A DNA stretch of 64,000 nucleotides. Origin: an uncultured Alphaproteobacteria bacterium. GTDB taxonomy: Bacteria > Pseudomonadota > Alphaproteobacteria > HIMB59 > GCA-002718135. The DNA is taken from assembly GCA_902601455.1 (NCBI GenBank), contig CACKNC010000001.1, positions 167,162-231,161 on the forward strand, given 5' to 3'. The translations under genes were made by a program, and so were the position numbers. The notes beneath the pieces were generated by a model. It was not told the DNA's origin. It worked only from the letters and a program-made list of their open reading frames with translations, and made no database searches. The first letter of the stretch is position 1. Every line of letters begins with the position of its first letter. Of this stretch, positions 10,882-20,796 are shown piece by piece.

Positions 10882-11445
10882 ATGAACAATACAAGAATTC
10901 TTATAAATAATTTAAAAATATTCCAAGGTATAAATCAAAACGTAACAAATATATTTCTAATTCTTTTTGGTACGTTGCTATTAACTATATCAGCAAAAGT
11001 TCAGGTTCCTTTTTGGCCGGTGCCTATGACTATGCAAACATTTATGGTATTTCTAATAGGGGCTACTTATGGTGTAAGATTATCTTTTTTAACTTTAGTT
11101 GCATATTTATTTGAAGGTGCAATTGGTTTGCCAGTTTTTGCGACTGGTGGAGGTATTGTTTATTTAACAGGTCCAACAGCAGGTTATTTATATGGAATGA
11201 CTATAGCCGCTGTAGTGATCAGTTATTTTGCTGACAAAGGTTTTAGTGTTTCTTTCATTAAAACTTTAATAAGTATCATTTTAGGCTCTATATTGATTTT
11301 TGCCTTTGGGGTGCTTTATTTAGGCTCAATCATAGGATACAATAAGGCAATACAAGCTGGCTTACTTCCTTTCATTCCGAGTGAGTTATTCAAAATTGCT
11401 CTTGCTGTTATTTTAATACCTACTTTTAATAAATTATTAGAATAA
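10882..11445 (+). CDS. bioY: Biotin transporter BioY (ECF S-component)
   Basis: PVPMTMQT, YLFEGAIGLPVFA, GPTAGYLYG, PFIPSELFK. Confidence 0.9.
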   Translation: MNNTRILINNLKIFQGINQNVTNIFLILFGTLLLTISAKVQVPFWPVPMTMQTFMVFLIGATYGVRLSFLTLVAYLFEGAIGLPVFATGGGIVYLTGPTAGYLYGMTIAAVVISYFADKGFSVSFIKTLISIILGSILIFAFGVLYLGSIIGYNKAIQAGLLPFIPSELFKIALAVILIPTFNKLLE

Positions 11446-11452
11446 TTTTTAA

Positions 11453-12343
11453 ATGAAAATTGGTATTGATCTTGGTGGTACAAAGACCGAGGGTATTTTA
11501 ATAGACGATACAGGTAAAGAATTAGCAAGAAATAGAATTAAAACAGAGAAAAATTATGATGGCACTATAAGTGGTATTATTTCAATAGTAAAAAAGTTTG
11601 AAACTGATTTTGGGGATTCTGAATCTGTAGGAATAGGGATGCCAGGTTGTGTCTCTTCAGACTCAGCTTTAGTAAAGAATGCTAATTCAATTTGGTTAAA
11701 TGGTAAACCGTTTAAGAAAGATCTTGAAAAAGAACTTGAGAGACGAGTTAATTTAGAAAATGATGCCAACTGTTTTGCTTTATCAGAAGCAGTCGATGGA
11801 GCTGGAAAAGGTCATCCAGTTGTTTTTGGGGTAATTATTGGTACTGGAACTGGTGGGGGAATCTCTATAAACCAAAAAGTTCTTGCTGGAAAAAATAATA
11901 TAGCTGGTGAATGGGGACATGTTGGTCTTCCAAACAGATCTGATGATGAAAAAAAATATGTGAAACGATGTTATTGTGAAAAAAATGGATGTATGGAAAC
12001 ATATGTTTCTGGCCCCGGATTTGCAAGTTCTTTTAACTTAAAACATAAAACAGATTATGACTCTCACGCTATTTTAAATGAATTTAATAACAACGAAACT
12101 AGAGCAATTGAAGCTTTGGAAAATTATGTAGATCATCTTGCTAGAGGTCTATCTTTGGTTTGTAATATCTTAGATCCAGATATTATTGTCCTAGGTGGTG
12201 GAATGTCTAATATTTCATTTATTTATGAGCATATAAATACATCTCTTAAAAAATATATTTTTAGTGATACATTTAATACAAAAGTGGTAAAAAATGTTCA
12301 CGGTGACTCTGGGGGAGTAAGAGGTGCTGCTTGGCTCTCTTAA
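11453..12343 (+). CDS. ROK-family sugar kinase (Mak/fructokinase-like)
   Basis: GIDLGGTK, ENDANCFALSEAVDGAG, GTGTGGG, GEWGH, CYCxxxGCMET Zn motif, HGDSGGVRGAAWL. Confidence 0.88.
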   Translation: MKIGIDLGGTKTEGILIDDTGKELARNRIKTEKNYDGTISGIISIVKKFETDFGDSESVGIGMPGCVSSDSALVKNANSIWLNGKPFKKDLEKELERRVNLENDANCFALSEAVDGAGKGHPVVFGVIIGTGTGGGISINQKVLAGKNNIAGEWGHVGLPNRSDDEKKYVKRCYCEKNGCMETYVSGPGFASSFNLKHKTDYDSHAILNEFNNNETRAIEALENYVDHLARGLSLVCNILDPDIIVLGGGMSNISFIYEHINTSLKKYIFSDTFNTKVVKNVHGDSGGVRGAAWLS

Positions 12344-13791
12344 ATACCTGCCATTGAAATATATTTAATATTTAGATAGTCATCCAAGCCATATTTAGAA
12401 CCTTCTCTTCCAAGTCCTGATTCTTTTACTCCTCCAAAAGGTATTTCAGCTTTTGTAGTAAGGCCAGTATTTACACCTACCATTCCATATTCAAGAGCTT
12501 CTGCCACTCTCCAAATTCTTCCAATATCTCTAGAATAAAAATAAGAAGCAAGACCGTATGGTGTATCATTTGCCATTTTAATAACTTCTTCATCAGAGCT
12601 AAATTTATATAAAGGAGCTACAGGTCCAAAAGTTTCTTCATAAGTAATTTTTGCTTTGTTAGTTACATCAGATAGGACTGTTGGTTGAAAAAAATTACCA
12701 CCAAGTGAATGCACATCACCTCCAACAGCAATTTTTGCTCCCTGATTAACTGCATCTTTAACTTGATCCATAACTTTCATTAAAGAAGGCTGATCAATTA
12801 AAGGTCCAGATACAATTCCTTCCTCTAAACCATTACCAACTTTTATTTTATTTACTTCAGCAATAAACTTATTTAAAAATTCATCATAAACCTTTTCATG
12901 TACAAAAATTCTATTGGCACATATACATGTTTGCCCAGAATTTCTAAATTTACTTTGCATAGCTCCTGTTACAGCTTCATCTAAATCTGCATCATCAAAA
13001 ACTACAAAAGGTGCATGACCTCCAAGCTCCATAGAAACTTTTTTAACAGTAGTAGCACTTTGATGTAAAAGAACTTTTCCAACTTCTGTTGAGCCAGTAA
13101 ATGATATTTTTCTCACTAAAGGATTTTCAGTTAACTCTTTGCCAATAGCACTAGCTGATCCTGTGATTATATTTATTACACCATCAGGAAATCCTGCTTC
13201 TTTTGCTAATGCGCCAAGCGCTAGAGCAGAATATGGAGTTTGACTGGCAGGTTTGATTACAATAGTACATCCAACGGCTAGAGCGGGAGCACATTTTCTT
13301 GTTATCATTGTGCTAGGAAAGTTCCACGGTGTTATTGCACCTACAACTCCTACAGGTTGTTTTATAACAACTATTCTTCTATCTGGCATTGGATCAGGTA
13401 TTATATCTCCGTAAACTCTTTTCCCTTCTTCCGCATAAAAATCTATGTAGGTAACACCCATTAATATTTCACCTTTTGCTTCAGCTAAGGGTTTACCTTG
13501 TTCAATTGTCATTATTTTTGCTAAGTCATCAGCATTTGTTTCAATAAGTCTTGCCCATTTTTGTAAAATGACCGATCTCTCTTTAGCAGTTTTGTCTCTC
13601 CATGAAGGAAATGCAGCTTGGGCTTCTTGAATTGCCTTTTGCGTTTCTGAAGTTGAACATTTAGGAACTTCACCAATAATTTCACCATTAGCGGGATTAT
13701 CTACCTTGATTTTTTCACCAGTATCACTTTCAATCCATTTTCCACCGATAAAACAAGTTTCCTTAAAAAGTGTATTATTTTTTAGTTCCAT
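12340..13791 (-). CDS. gabD: NAD(P)-dependent succinate-semialdehyde dehydrogenase family (GabD; probable DoeC/Ssd role from context)
   Basis: ITPWNFPSTMITRK, FTGSTEVGK, MELGGHAPF, KFRNSGQTCIC, EETFGP, PFGGVKESGLGREG; divergent from eut genes. Confidence 0.88.
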   Translation of the reverse strand: MELKNNTLFKETCFIGGKWIESDTGEKIKVDNPANGEIIGEVPKCSTSETQKAIQEAQAAFPSWRDKTAKERSVILQKWARLIETNADDLAKIMTIEQGKPLAEAKGEILMGVTYIDFYAEEGKRVYGDIIPDPMPDRRIVVIKQPVGVVGAITPWNFPSTMITRKCAPALAVGCTIVIKPASQTPYSALALGALAKEAGFPDGVINIITGSASAIGKELTENPLVRKISFTGSTEVGKVLLHQSATTVKKVSMELGGHAPFVVFDDADLDEAVTGAMQSKFRNSGQTCICANRIFVHEKVYDEFLNKFIAEVNKIKVGNGLEEGIVSGPLIDQPSLMKVMDQVKDAVNQGAKIAVGGDVHSLGGNFFQPTVLSDVTNKAKITYEETFGPVAPLYKFSSDEEVIKMANDTPYGLASYFYSRDIGRIWRVAEALEYGMVGVNTGLTTKAEIPFGGVKESGLGREGSKYGLDDYLNIKYISMAGI

Positions 13792-13857
13792 ATTTACTTC
13801 CTCTTATTTATGTATTTATTGAATTATTTTATTAACTTTTAATTTATAGAGATAAAT

Positions 13858-14964
13858 ATGACAATAGTTAACTCGTGGAATGAATGGGATCCATTGAAGC
13901 ACGTAATCGTTGGTACAGTTGAGCAATCAAATATACCACCAATGGAACCTGCTTTGGAACCTAAAATTAGTAAAGATAGTGGTATGGCTGGATCACATGG
14001 ACCGCGTTCAAATGAGGCTATAGAAAAAGCAAATATACAACTTGATAATTTTGTTAAAATACTTGAGTCACACGATATAAAAGTAGATCGTCCTACACCA
14101 ATAGATTTTACAAAAGCAATCGCAACACCTGATTGGGAAAATGATGGACAGTTTGGATCCATGCCACCAAGAGATGTAATTCTAACAGTGGGTAATGAAA
14201 TGCTAGAAGCACCCATGTCATATCGTTGTAGGTGGTTTGAATATCTTGCTTACAGACCTTTACTCGAGAGGTACTATGATGAAGATCCTAATATGCGTTG
14301 GGAGTCTGCACCTAAACCAAGATTAACAAGTACAACTTATAAATCAAACTATATACCTGAAGGAATTACAGAGGAAGAAAGATACAAAAAGATTGAAAAT
14401 AGAGATATGATTTTAACAGAGCAAGAACCTTTATTTGATGCAGCTGAAGTTTTGCGCTTTGGAAAAGATTTATTTTATCATAATAATTTTACTTCTAACC
14501 TCAAAGGGCTGAACTGGTTAAAAAGACATTTTCCTAACCACCGTGTTCACCAAATAAATTTACCAGGAGAATTAATTCCAACTCATATAGATGCTTGTTT
14601 CACACCCATTAAACCAGGCACTATAATCATCAATCCTAATAGAAAAATTTCCAATGAGCAGAAAAAAATTTTTGATGATAATAATTGGGAGATTGTTGAC
14701 GCAGCCCCATCAGTGCACAATACACCACCTCCAATGTGTTATTCATCTATTTGGTTATCAATGAATGTTCTAATTTTAAATCCAACAACTATTTGTGTTG
14801 AAGCTTCTGAGGAAAAAATGATTAAACAAATGGAAGGATTTGGTATGACTGTTGTTCCTGTTCCTTTTAGAGATGTGTATGCTTTTGGTGGTAGTCTTCA
14901 TTGCGCAACAACTGATGTTTATAGAGAAGGCGAATGTGAAGATTACTTCCCAAATCAATCATGA
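13858..14964 (+). CDS. Amidinotransferase (glycine/inosamine amidinotransferase family, pentein superfamily)
   Basis: VNSWNEWDPLKHVIVG N-terminus, MPPRD, RWFEY; Asp/His/Cys triad motifs PLFDAA, THIDACF, GGSLHCAT. Confidence 0.88.
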   Translation: MTIVNSWNEWDPLKHVIVGTVEQSNIPPMEPALEPKISKDSGMAGSHGPRSNEAIEKANIQLDNFVKILESHDIKVDRPTPIDFTKAIATPDWENDGQFGSMPPRDVILTVGNEMLEAPMSYRCRWFEYLAYRPLLERYYDEDPNMRWESAPKPRLTSTTYKSNYIPEGITEEERYKKIENRDMILTEQEPLFDAAEVLRFGKDLFYHNNFTSNLKGLNWLKRHFPNHRVHQINLPGELIPTHIDACFTPIKPGTIIINPNRKISNEQKKIFDDNNWEIVDAAPSVHNTPPPMCYSSIWLSMNVLILNPTTICVEASEEKMIKQMEGFGMTVVPVPFRDVYAFGGSLHCATTDVYREGECEDYFPNQS

Positions 14965-15713
14965 GTAAATTTATACAGCATGATTTAATAGCAGACATTG
15001 TTAAAACTAATAATCCGAGAATTGGTGTCATTGCTTTATCAACAGATTTCACAATTGAACAAGATTATAGAAATATTTGTCACTCAGTTCCAGTAGATAT
15101 TTTTGTTAATCGTATACCTTTTGAAAATCCATTAAATCATGAAAATTATTTAAAAATGGCAGATTATATTAGTGAGGTCTCATCACAGATTTTACCATCT
15201 GAGGATATTGATATTATAGCATATGGATGCACTTCTGGAACGATCGCTATTGGGTCAGATAAAATAAAAGCAGAGGTCAATAAAACTAAACCAAATGCCA
15301 AAGTCACAACTCCAATAACAGCAGCGTTGAAAGCTTTTAAATATTTAGGTTTAAAAAATATTGCAGTTCTAACTCCTTATCCAAAAGATGTAAATGCAAC
15401 TGTTTATGATTACTTAATTGCTCATAATATTGGTATTGAGTCTTTTAGTTCTTTTAACTTAGAATATGACTCTGAAATTGCTCAAGTAAGTTTAGACAGT
15501 TTAGAAAAAGAAATTTCAAAAATTGATCTCAGTAATGTTGATGGATTATTTGTTTCTTGTACTGCTCTTAAAATTGTAGATGTATTAGAGAGAGTTGAAA
15601 GCTCTCAAAATACAGTAGTAATATCAAGTAATCAGGCTATTATATGGGATTGTTTAAGGTCAGTTGGTATTGAATCAAAAATAGAGGGCTATGGTAAATT
15701 ATTAGCCAGCTGA
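14961..15713 (+). CDS. eutA: Ectoine utilization protein EutA (Asp/Glu racemase / maleate isomerase fold)
   Basis: RIGVIALSTDFTIEQD, YGCTSG and FVSCTAL Cys pair, LTPY, SSNQA; precedes eutB-eutC. Confidence 0.8.
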   Translation: MSKFIQHDLIADIVKTNNPRIGVIALSTDFTIEQDYRNICHSVPVDIFVNRIPFENPLNHENYLKMADYISEVSSQILPSEDIDIIAYGCTSGTIAIGSDKIKAEVNKTKPNAKVTTPITAALKAFKYLGLKNIAVLTPYPKDVNATVYDYLIAHNIGIESFSSFNLEYDSEIAQVSLDSLEKEISKIDLSNVDGLFVSCTALKIVDVLERVESSQNTVVISSNQAIIWDCLRSVGIESKIEGYGKLLAS

Positions 15714-15751
15714 AATATGAAATTTTTTAAAACAAATAAAAGTAAATTATT

Positions 15752-16702
15752 TTGATAAATTTAGAGAAAATTAAAAAAGCACATGAAGCTATTTCTCCCT
15801 ATATCAATAGGACTCCACTTATATTATCAAATTATTTATCTAAAGATAGAATTGTTAAGTTAAAGTTAGAGTCACTTCAAATTACCAACTCCTTTAAATT
15901 ACGCGGTGCTACAAATAAATTATTGTCATTAGATAATGAACAAAAACAAAAAGGTGTAATAGCTGTATCTACTGGTAATCACGGTAAAGGAGTTGCCTAT
16001 GCTGCAAGTGTTCTTGGCATTCAATCAACAATCTATATGTCGTCAATGGTTCCTCAATACCGTAAAGAAGCAATTGAAGCCTTAGGTGCTAAAGTTCAAA
16101 TTATTGGCAATAATAGTGATGAAGCTGACTTGCATGCAAAAAAAATTTCGAAAGAACAAAATATTACTTTAGTTCACCCATTTGATGATGAAGAAGTAAT
16201 TGCAGGTCAAGGAACTGTGGGTTTAGAAATGCTAGAGGATTTTCCTGAGGTAGATACTGTTATCATCCCAACTTCTGGCGGCGGATTAATTGGAGGTATT
16301 GCTTTAGCTATTAAATTACAAAAACCATCTGTGAACATAATAGCAGTTTCTATGGAAAGAGGACCTTCTATGTATGAAAGTTTGAAAAATGGCAAACCAA
16401 CAGATGTTGAAGAGTTAGAAACATTGGCTGATTGCTTGGGTGGAAGTATAGGTTTGGATAATCAATATACTTTTAAAATAGCTCAAGATACAATTGATGA
16501 TTTTGTTCTCGTGAGTGAAAATAAAATTGCTGAAGGTATAAAATTTAATTTTATTGAACATAAACTTGTAACAGAAGGAGCTGCTGCAACAGGCGTCATG
16601 GTAGTTAAAGATAATATGTCTAAAAAAATTGGTAAAAATATAATTAGTCTAATATGTGGTGGAAATATTGATGCTGATCTTTTTAATAAAATAATTTCAT
16701 GA
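15752..16702 (+). CDS. eutB: Threonine dehydratase-like hydroxyectoine utilization dehydratase EutB (TTG start)
   Basis: KLESLQITNSFKLRGATN (PLP Lys), STGNHG, MSSMVP, SGGGL, LADCLGGSIGLDN. Confidence 0.85.
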   Translation: MINLEKIKKAHEAISPYINRTPLILSNYLSKDRIVKLKLESLQITNSFKLRGATNKLLSLDNEQKQKGVIAVSTGNHGKGVAYAASVLGIQSTIYMSSMVPQYRKEAIEALGAKVQIIGNNSDEADLHAKKISKEQNITLVHPFDDEEVIAGQGTVGLEMLEDFPEVDTVIIPTSGGGLIGGIALAIKLQKPSVNIIAVSMERGPSMYESLKNGKPTDVEELETLADCLGGSIGLDNQYTFKIAQDTIDDFVLVSENKIAEGIKFNFIEHKLVTEGAAATGVMVVKDNMSKKIGKNIISLICGGNIDADLFNKIIS

Positions 16703-17679
16703 CACTGATACTTAATTCAACCGAAATAAAAGATTGTGTGAAATTTAATAAAGACCTTATCCCAATAATCGAAGATGCATTTAAAAGCTTGTCACTGGGT
16801 AAAACAGTTATGCCTCCCATATTAAGAGTTGATATAGAAAAATATCATGGTGAGTCAGATGTGAAGGCAGCTTATATTGAGGGTTTAGATAGCTTTGCTG
16901 TGAAAGTTGCTTCAGGATTTTTTAATAATCCAAAGTTAGGTTTACCATCTAGTAATGGATTAATGATTCTATTAGACTCTCAAACAGGAGTTATCAAATC
17001 CGTACTTTTAGATAAAGGATATTTAACTGATGTCAGAACTGCTATTGCGGGAGCAATAGCGTCGAAATATTTATCTAATCCAGAATCTTCTACAGTTGCA
17101 ATAATTGGAGCTGGTATACAAGCGCGTATGCAACTTGAGGCACTAACGCTAGTAAGAGATATTAAAAATGTTAATGTATGGTCTCGAGATATAGAAAAAA
17201 CTCATGTCTATATTGAAAATATGAGTAAAAATTTTAATCTAAATTTTCAAGCTTTTGATAATACAGATGATTTAGTGAAAAATGCGGACATTTTAATTAC
17301 AACAACTCCAAGTAAAAACCCTCTTATAAAATATTCTTCATTACCTAGAGGAATTCATATTACAGCAATGGGATCAGATGCTGAGGAAAAAAATGAATTA
17401 GATCCAGAAATTATTGAAAATTGTGATGTTTATGTTCCAGATAATCAGGCTCAAACAATGATTTTAGGTGAGTTAAATCACGCTATCAAAAGGGATTCAA
17501 TTAAAAATGATACAATCTTTAATGATTTAGGAAAAGTAATTATTAACTCTAAATTAGGAAGAAAAAATCATGAGGATATTTCGGTGGCCGACTTAACAGG
17601 CACGGGAGTGCAAGACACAGCAATTGCTCGATATGCTTATGCAATTGCAGATAAAAAAAAATTAGGAATAATTGTTTAA
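16699..17679 (+). CDS. eutC: Ornithine cyclodeaminase-family ectoine utilization protein EutC
   Basis: MPPILR, KVASGFFNNPKLGLPSSNGLM, GYLTDVRTA, MGSDAEEKNEL, ADLTGTGVQDTAIA. Confidence 0.88.
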   Translation: MTLILNSTEIKDCVKFNKDLIPIIEDAFKSLSLGKTVMPPILRVDIEKYHGESDVKAAYIEGLDSFAVKVASGFFNNPKLGLPSSNGLMILLDSQTGVIKSVLLDKGYLTDVRTAIAGAIASKYLSNPESSTVAIIGAGIQARMQLEALTLVRDIKNVNVWSRDIEKTHVYIENMSKNFNLNFQAFDNTDDLVKNADILITTTPSKNPLIKYSSLPRGIHITAMGSDAEEKNELDPEIIENCDVYVPDNQAQTMILGELNHAIKRDSIKNDTIFNDLGKVIINSKLGRKNHEDISVADLTGTGVQDTAIARYAYAIADKKKLGIIV

Positions 17680-17691
17680 TAAATTAATTAT

Positions 17692-19986
17692 ATGACTAAT
17701 TTTGTTAGCACACATTGGGGAACATACGAAACTTCAAAAAATAATCAAAATAATATAAAGATTAATAAATGGTCAAAAGATCCAAATCCTTCTGATTTTG
17801 GACTAGGTTTTCTTGATGCAGCAACAAGTGATCTAAGAATCAATCAGCCGCACATAAGAAAAGAATGGCTTAAAGATCGACATAATAAAAAAAATCTAAG
17901 AGGCTTAGATGAGTTTGTTCCAGTATCATGGGAAGAAGCAATTGATTTAACAGCATCTGAACTTCAAAATGTAAAAAAAGAATTTGGTAATAGTTCTATT
18001 TATGCCGGTTCATATGGTTGGGCTAGTGCTGGAAGGTTTCATCATGCAAAAAGCCAATTAAATCGTTTTTTTAATTTATTTGGAGGTTTTTCATCTTCTT
18101 TTCAAAGCTACTCTTACGCAGCAGCCCAAACATTATTGCCTCATATAGTTGGTCATGACCTTTACTCCTTTTTGGATGAACATAATACTTGGAATACTCT
18201 TGAAAAAGAATGCGATTTAATAGTAATGTTTGGAGGAATGCCTTTAAAAAACTCTCAAGTATCTGCCGGTGGAGTTGGAAAGCACACTACAGAAAAAGAG
18301 TTAAGAAAATGTGTTAACGCAGGGACTAAATTTATAAATATTAGTCCAAATGCTAGTGACGCTGCTAAATTTCTGAATGCTAAACAAATATCTATAATCC
18401 CTAATACTGATACGGCTTTAATGTTAAGCTTAGCTTATATTTTAATTACTTCCAATAACTATGATCAAAAATTTATTGAAGAGTATACTAATGGCTTTAA
18501 CGAATTTAAATCATATGTTTTAGGAGAAAAAAATAATAAACCATGTACACCTGAATGGGCCTCAAGCATTACTTCAATACCTGTGGAAACAATAAAATGG
18601 TTAGCAAAAGAAATTTCTGCAAAAAAAACAATGGTCTCAGTTTCATGGAGTCTGCAAAGGGCTTCTGCAGGAGAACAGCCTTTATGGATGGGTATCACTT
18701 TAGCTTCAATGTTGGGACATATAGGAACTGAAGGAGGAGGGATTGGTTTTGGGTATTCAAGTGTTAATAGCACTGGTGATGTATTTAAAAAAATACCATG
18801 GAAAAGTTTACCTCAAGGTAATAATAAAATTAGAGATTTCATACCAGTAGCAAGGATTACTGATATGTTAGAAAAGCCTAATGAATTATTTCAATATGAT
18901 GGGCGTAAATTAAAATATCCTAATATAAAATTAATATATTGGGCGGGTGGTAATCCTTTTCATCATCATCAAGATTTAAATAGATTAGTTAAAGCATGGC
19001 AAAAACCAAAAACTATTATAGTAAATGAAATTTGGTGGAATGCACAAGCAAGACACGCTGATATTATTTTTCCTGCAAATACAGCTTTAGAGAGAAATGA
19101 TATTATGCTTAATCCAAGAGACCCGACCATTATTGCTAACAAAAAAACTATTTCTTCAGTTGGTGAGTCCAAATCAGATTATGAAATATTTTCTAGCCTT
19201 GCTAACAAACTAGGATTTAAAAATTTATTTACGGAGAATAAATCAGAGTTAGATTGGTTAAAATATTTGTGGAATGAAAGTATAAAAGTTTCTGAAGAAA
19301 TGAATCTCAAATTACCAGAATTTAATAAATTTTGGGAGGAAGGTTGCTTTGAAATACCAATTGAAAAAACAAAAAAAATTATGTTTAAAAATTTTAGAGA
19401 TAATCCAGTTAAAAATCCTTTGAATACACCTTCTGGTAAAATTGAAATAACTTCGAATATAATTAAAAATTATAATTTAAAAGATTGTAAAGGTCATCCT
19501 ACCTGGATAGAACCTTATGAATGGCTTGGAAACAAAGATAATTTTCCACTTCATCTAATATCAAATCAGCCAGAGTATAGACTGCATGGCCAATTAGATA
19601 ATGCAGATTATAGCCTTAAAAATAAAATTAAAGATAGGGAACCCGTATTAATTAATTCTGCAGATGCAAAAGAAAGAAATATTGAGAATAATGATATTGT
19701 TTTAATATTTAATAAACGTGGAAGAGTTTTTGCGGGAGCAAGATTATCTGATGAAGTTTCGAAAGGAGTATTAGTTTTATCTACAGGCGCTTGGTTCGAT
19801 CCTGATTATGAAATTAATGCAGATTTGCACGGAAATCCTAATGTATTAACAAATGATATTGGAACTTCATTACTCTCACAGGGCCCCACATCTCACACAT
19901 GTTTGGTAGAAATAAGAAAAGCAGAGAAAAATGAAATAAAAAAAGTTACGATTTTTTCAAAACCTCATATACAAAAAAAAGCTTGA
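17692..19986 (+). CDS. DMSO-reductase-family bis-MGD molybdoenzyme (BisC/TorZ-like S-/N-oxide reductase), no signal peptide
   Basis: THWG at N-terminus, GSYGWASAGRFHHA, SYSYAAA (Ser ligand), WAGGNPFHHHQDLN, TPSGKIEI, RLHGQLD, GNPNVLT; no twin-Arg leader and no N-terminal Fe-S Cys motif. Confidence 0.88.
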   Translation: MTNFVSTHWGTYETSKNNQNNIKINKWSKDPNPSDFGLGFLDAATSDLRINQPHIRKEWLKDRHNKKNLRGLDEFVPVSWEEAIDLTASELQNVKKEFGNSSIYAGSYGWASAGRFHHAKSQLNRFFNLFGGFSSSFQSYSYAAAQTLLPHIVGHDLYSFLDEHNTWNTLEKECDLIVMFGGMPLKNSQVSAGGVGKHTTEKELRKCVNAGTKFINISPNASDAAKFLNAKQISIIPNTDTALMLSLAYILITSNNYDQKFIEEYTNGFNEFKSYVLGEKNNKPCTPEWASSITSIPVETIKWLAKEISAKKTMVSVSWSLQRASAGEQPLWMGITLASMLGHIGTEGGGIGFGYSSVNSTGDVFKKIPWKSLPQGNNKIRDFIPVARITDMLEKPNELFQYDGRKLKYPNIKLIYWAGGNPFHHHQDLNRLVKAWQKPKTIIVNEIWWNAQARHADIIFPANTALERNDIMLNPRDPTIIANKKTISSVGESKSDYEIFSSLANKLGFKNLFTENKSELDWLKYLWNESIKVSEEMNLKLPEFNKFWEEGCFEIPIEKTKKIMFKNFRDNPVKNPLNTPSGKIEITSNIIKNYNLKDCKGHPTWIEPYEWLGNKDNFPLHLISNQPEYRLHGQLDNADYSLKNKIKDREPVLINSADAKERNIENNDIVLIFNKRGRVFAGARLSDEVSKGVLVLSTGAWFDPDYEINADLHGNPNVLTNDIGTSLLSQGPTSHTCLVEIRKAEKNEIKKVTIFSKPHIQKKA

Positions 19987-20019
19987 AGAAAAATATTAAT
20001 CAACTAGAAATTAAAACCG

Positions 20020-20796
20020 ATGAATAATATTATTGAATTTGAAAAAGTTTCAAAGTCTTTTGGAGACTTAAAAGTTTTAGATCAATTAAGTTTGGAAGTT
20101 AAAGATGGAGAAAAACTTGCATTAATAGGTCCTAGTGGATCAGGAAAAACAACAATTTTGAGAATTTTAATGACCCTAGAGACAATCGATGATGGTTTTG
20201 TATCTGTTAACAATGAATACTTATGGCATGAAAAAAAAGAAGGTAAAGTGGTTAATGCCTCAGATAATCATTTACAAAAAATGCGTGATCAAATTGGAAT
20301 GGTATTTCAACAATTTAATTTATTCCCCCATTTAACTGCAATAGAAAATGTTCAAGAACCTCAAATTCTTATAAAGAAAAAAAATAAATCTGAAGCACAT
20401 GATAAAGCTTCTGAATTATTTAATATGATTGGATTAAACGACAAAGTTGATCATTATCCTCATCAGTTATCAGGAGGTCAGCAGCAAAGAGTTGCAATAG
20501 CTAGGGCATTAGCGATGGACCCAAAGATTATGTTATTTGATGAAGTAACATCTGCTTTAGATCCAGAATTAGTAGATGAAGTTTTACAAGTTCTTCATAA
20601 ATTGGCATCAAGCTCTGACACAACAATGCTTACAGTTACCCATGAAATGAATTTTGCAAAAGATTTTGCTGATAGGGTTTTGTTTTTTGATAATGGTCAA
20701 ATTGTTGAGTCTGGAAAACCTAGTGATATTTTCACAAATCCCAAGGAAGAGAGAACTAGATCATTTCTTAAAAAGTTTATTACTGATATTAACTAA
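20020..20796 (+). CDS. ehuA: Ectoine/hydroxyectoine ABC transporter ATPase
   Basis: GPSGSGKTTILRILMTLE, LSGGQQQRVAIARALAM, LFDEVTSALDPELV; EhuA-type LWHE..ASDNHL insert. Confidence 0.85.
   Translation: MNNIIEFEKVSKSFGDLKVLDQLSLEVKDGEKLALIGPSGSGKTTILRILMTLETIDDGFVSVNNEYLWHEKKEGKVVNASDNHLQKMRDQIGMVFQQFNLFPHLTAIENVQEPQILIKKKNKSEAHDKASELFNMIGLNDKVDHYPHQLSGGQQQRVAIARALAMDPKIMLFDEVTSALDPELVDEVLQVLHKLASSSDTTMLTVTHEMNFAKDFADRVLFFDNGQIVESGKPSDIFTNPKEERTRSFLKKFITDIN

Noticed and set aside
13858-14964. Amidinotransferase as a sign of a toxin/secondary-metabolite cluster (cyr/sxt/str-like)
   Set aside because: No PKS/NRPS, ATP-grasp ligase or methyltransferase adjacent; neighbours are uptake and catabolic genes
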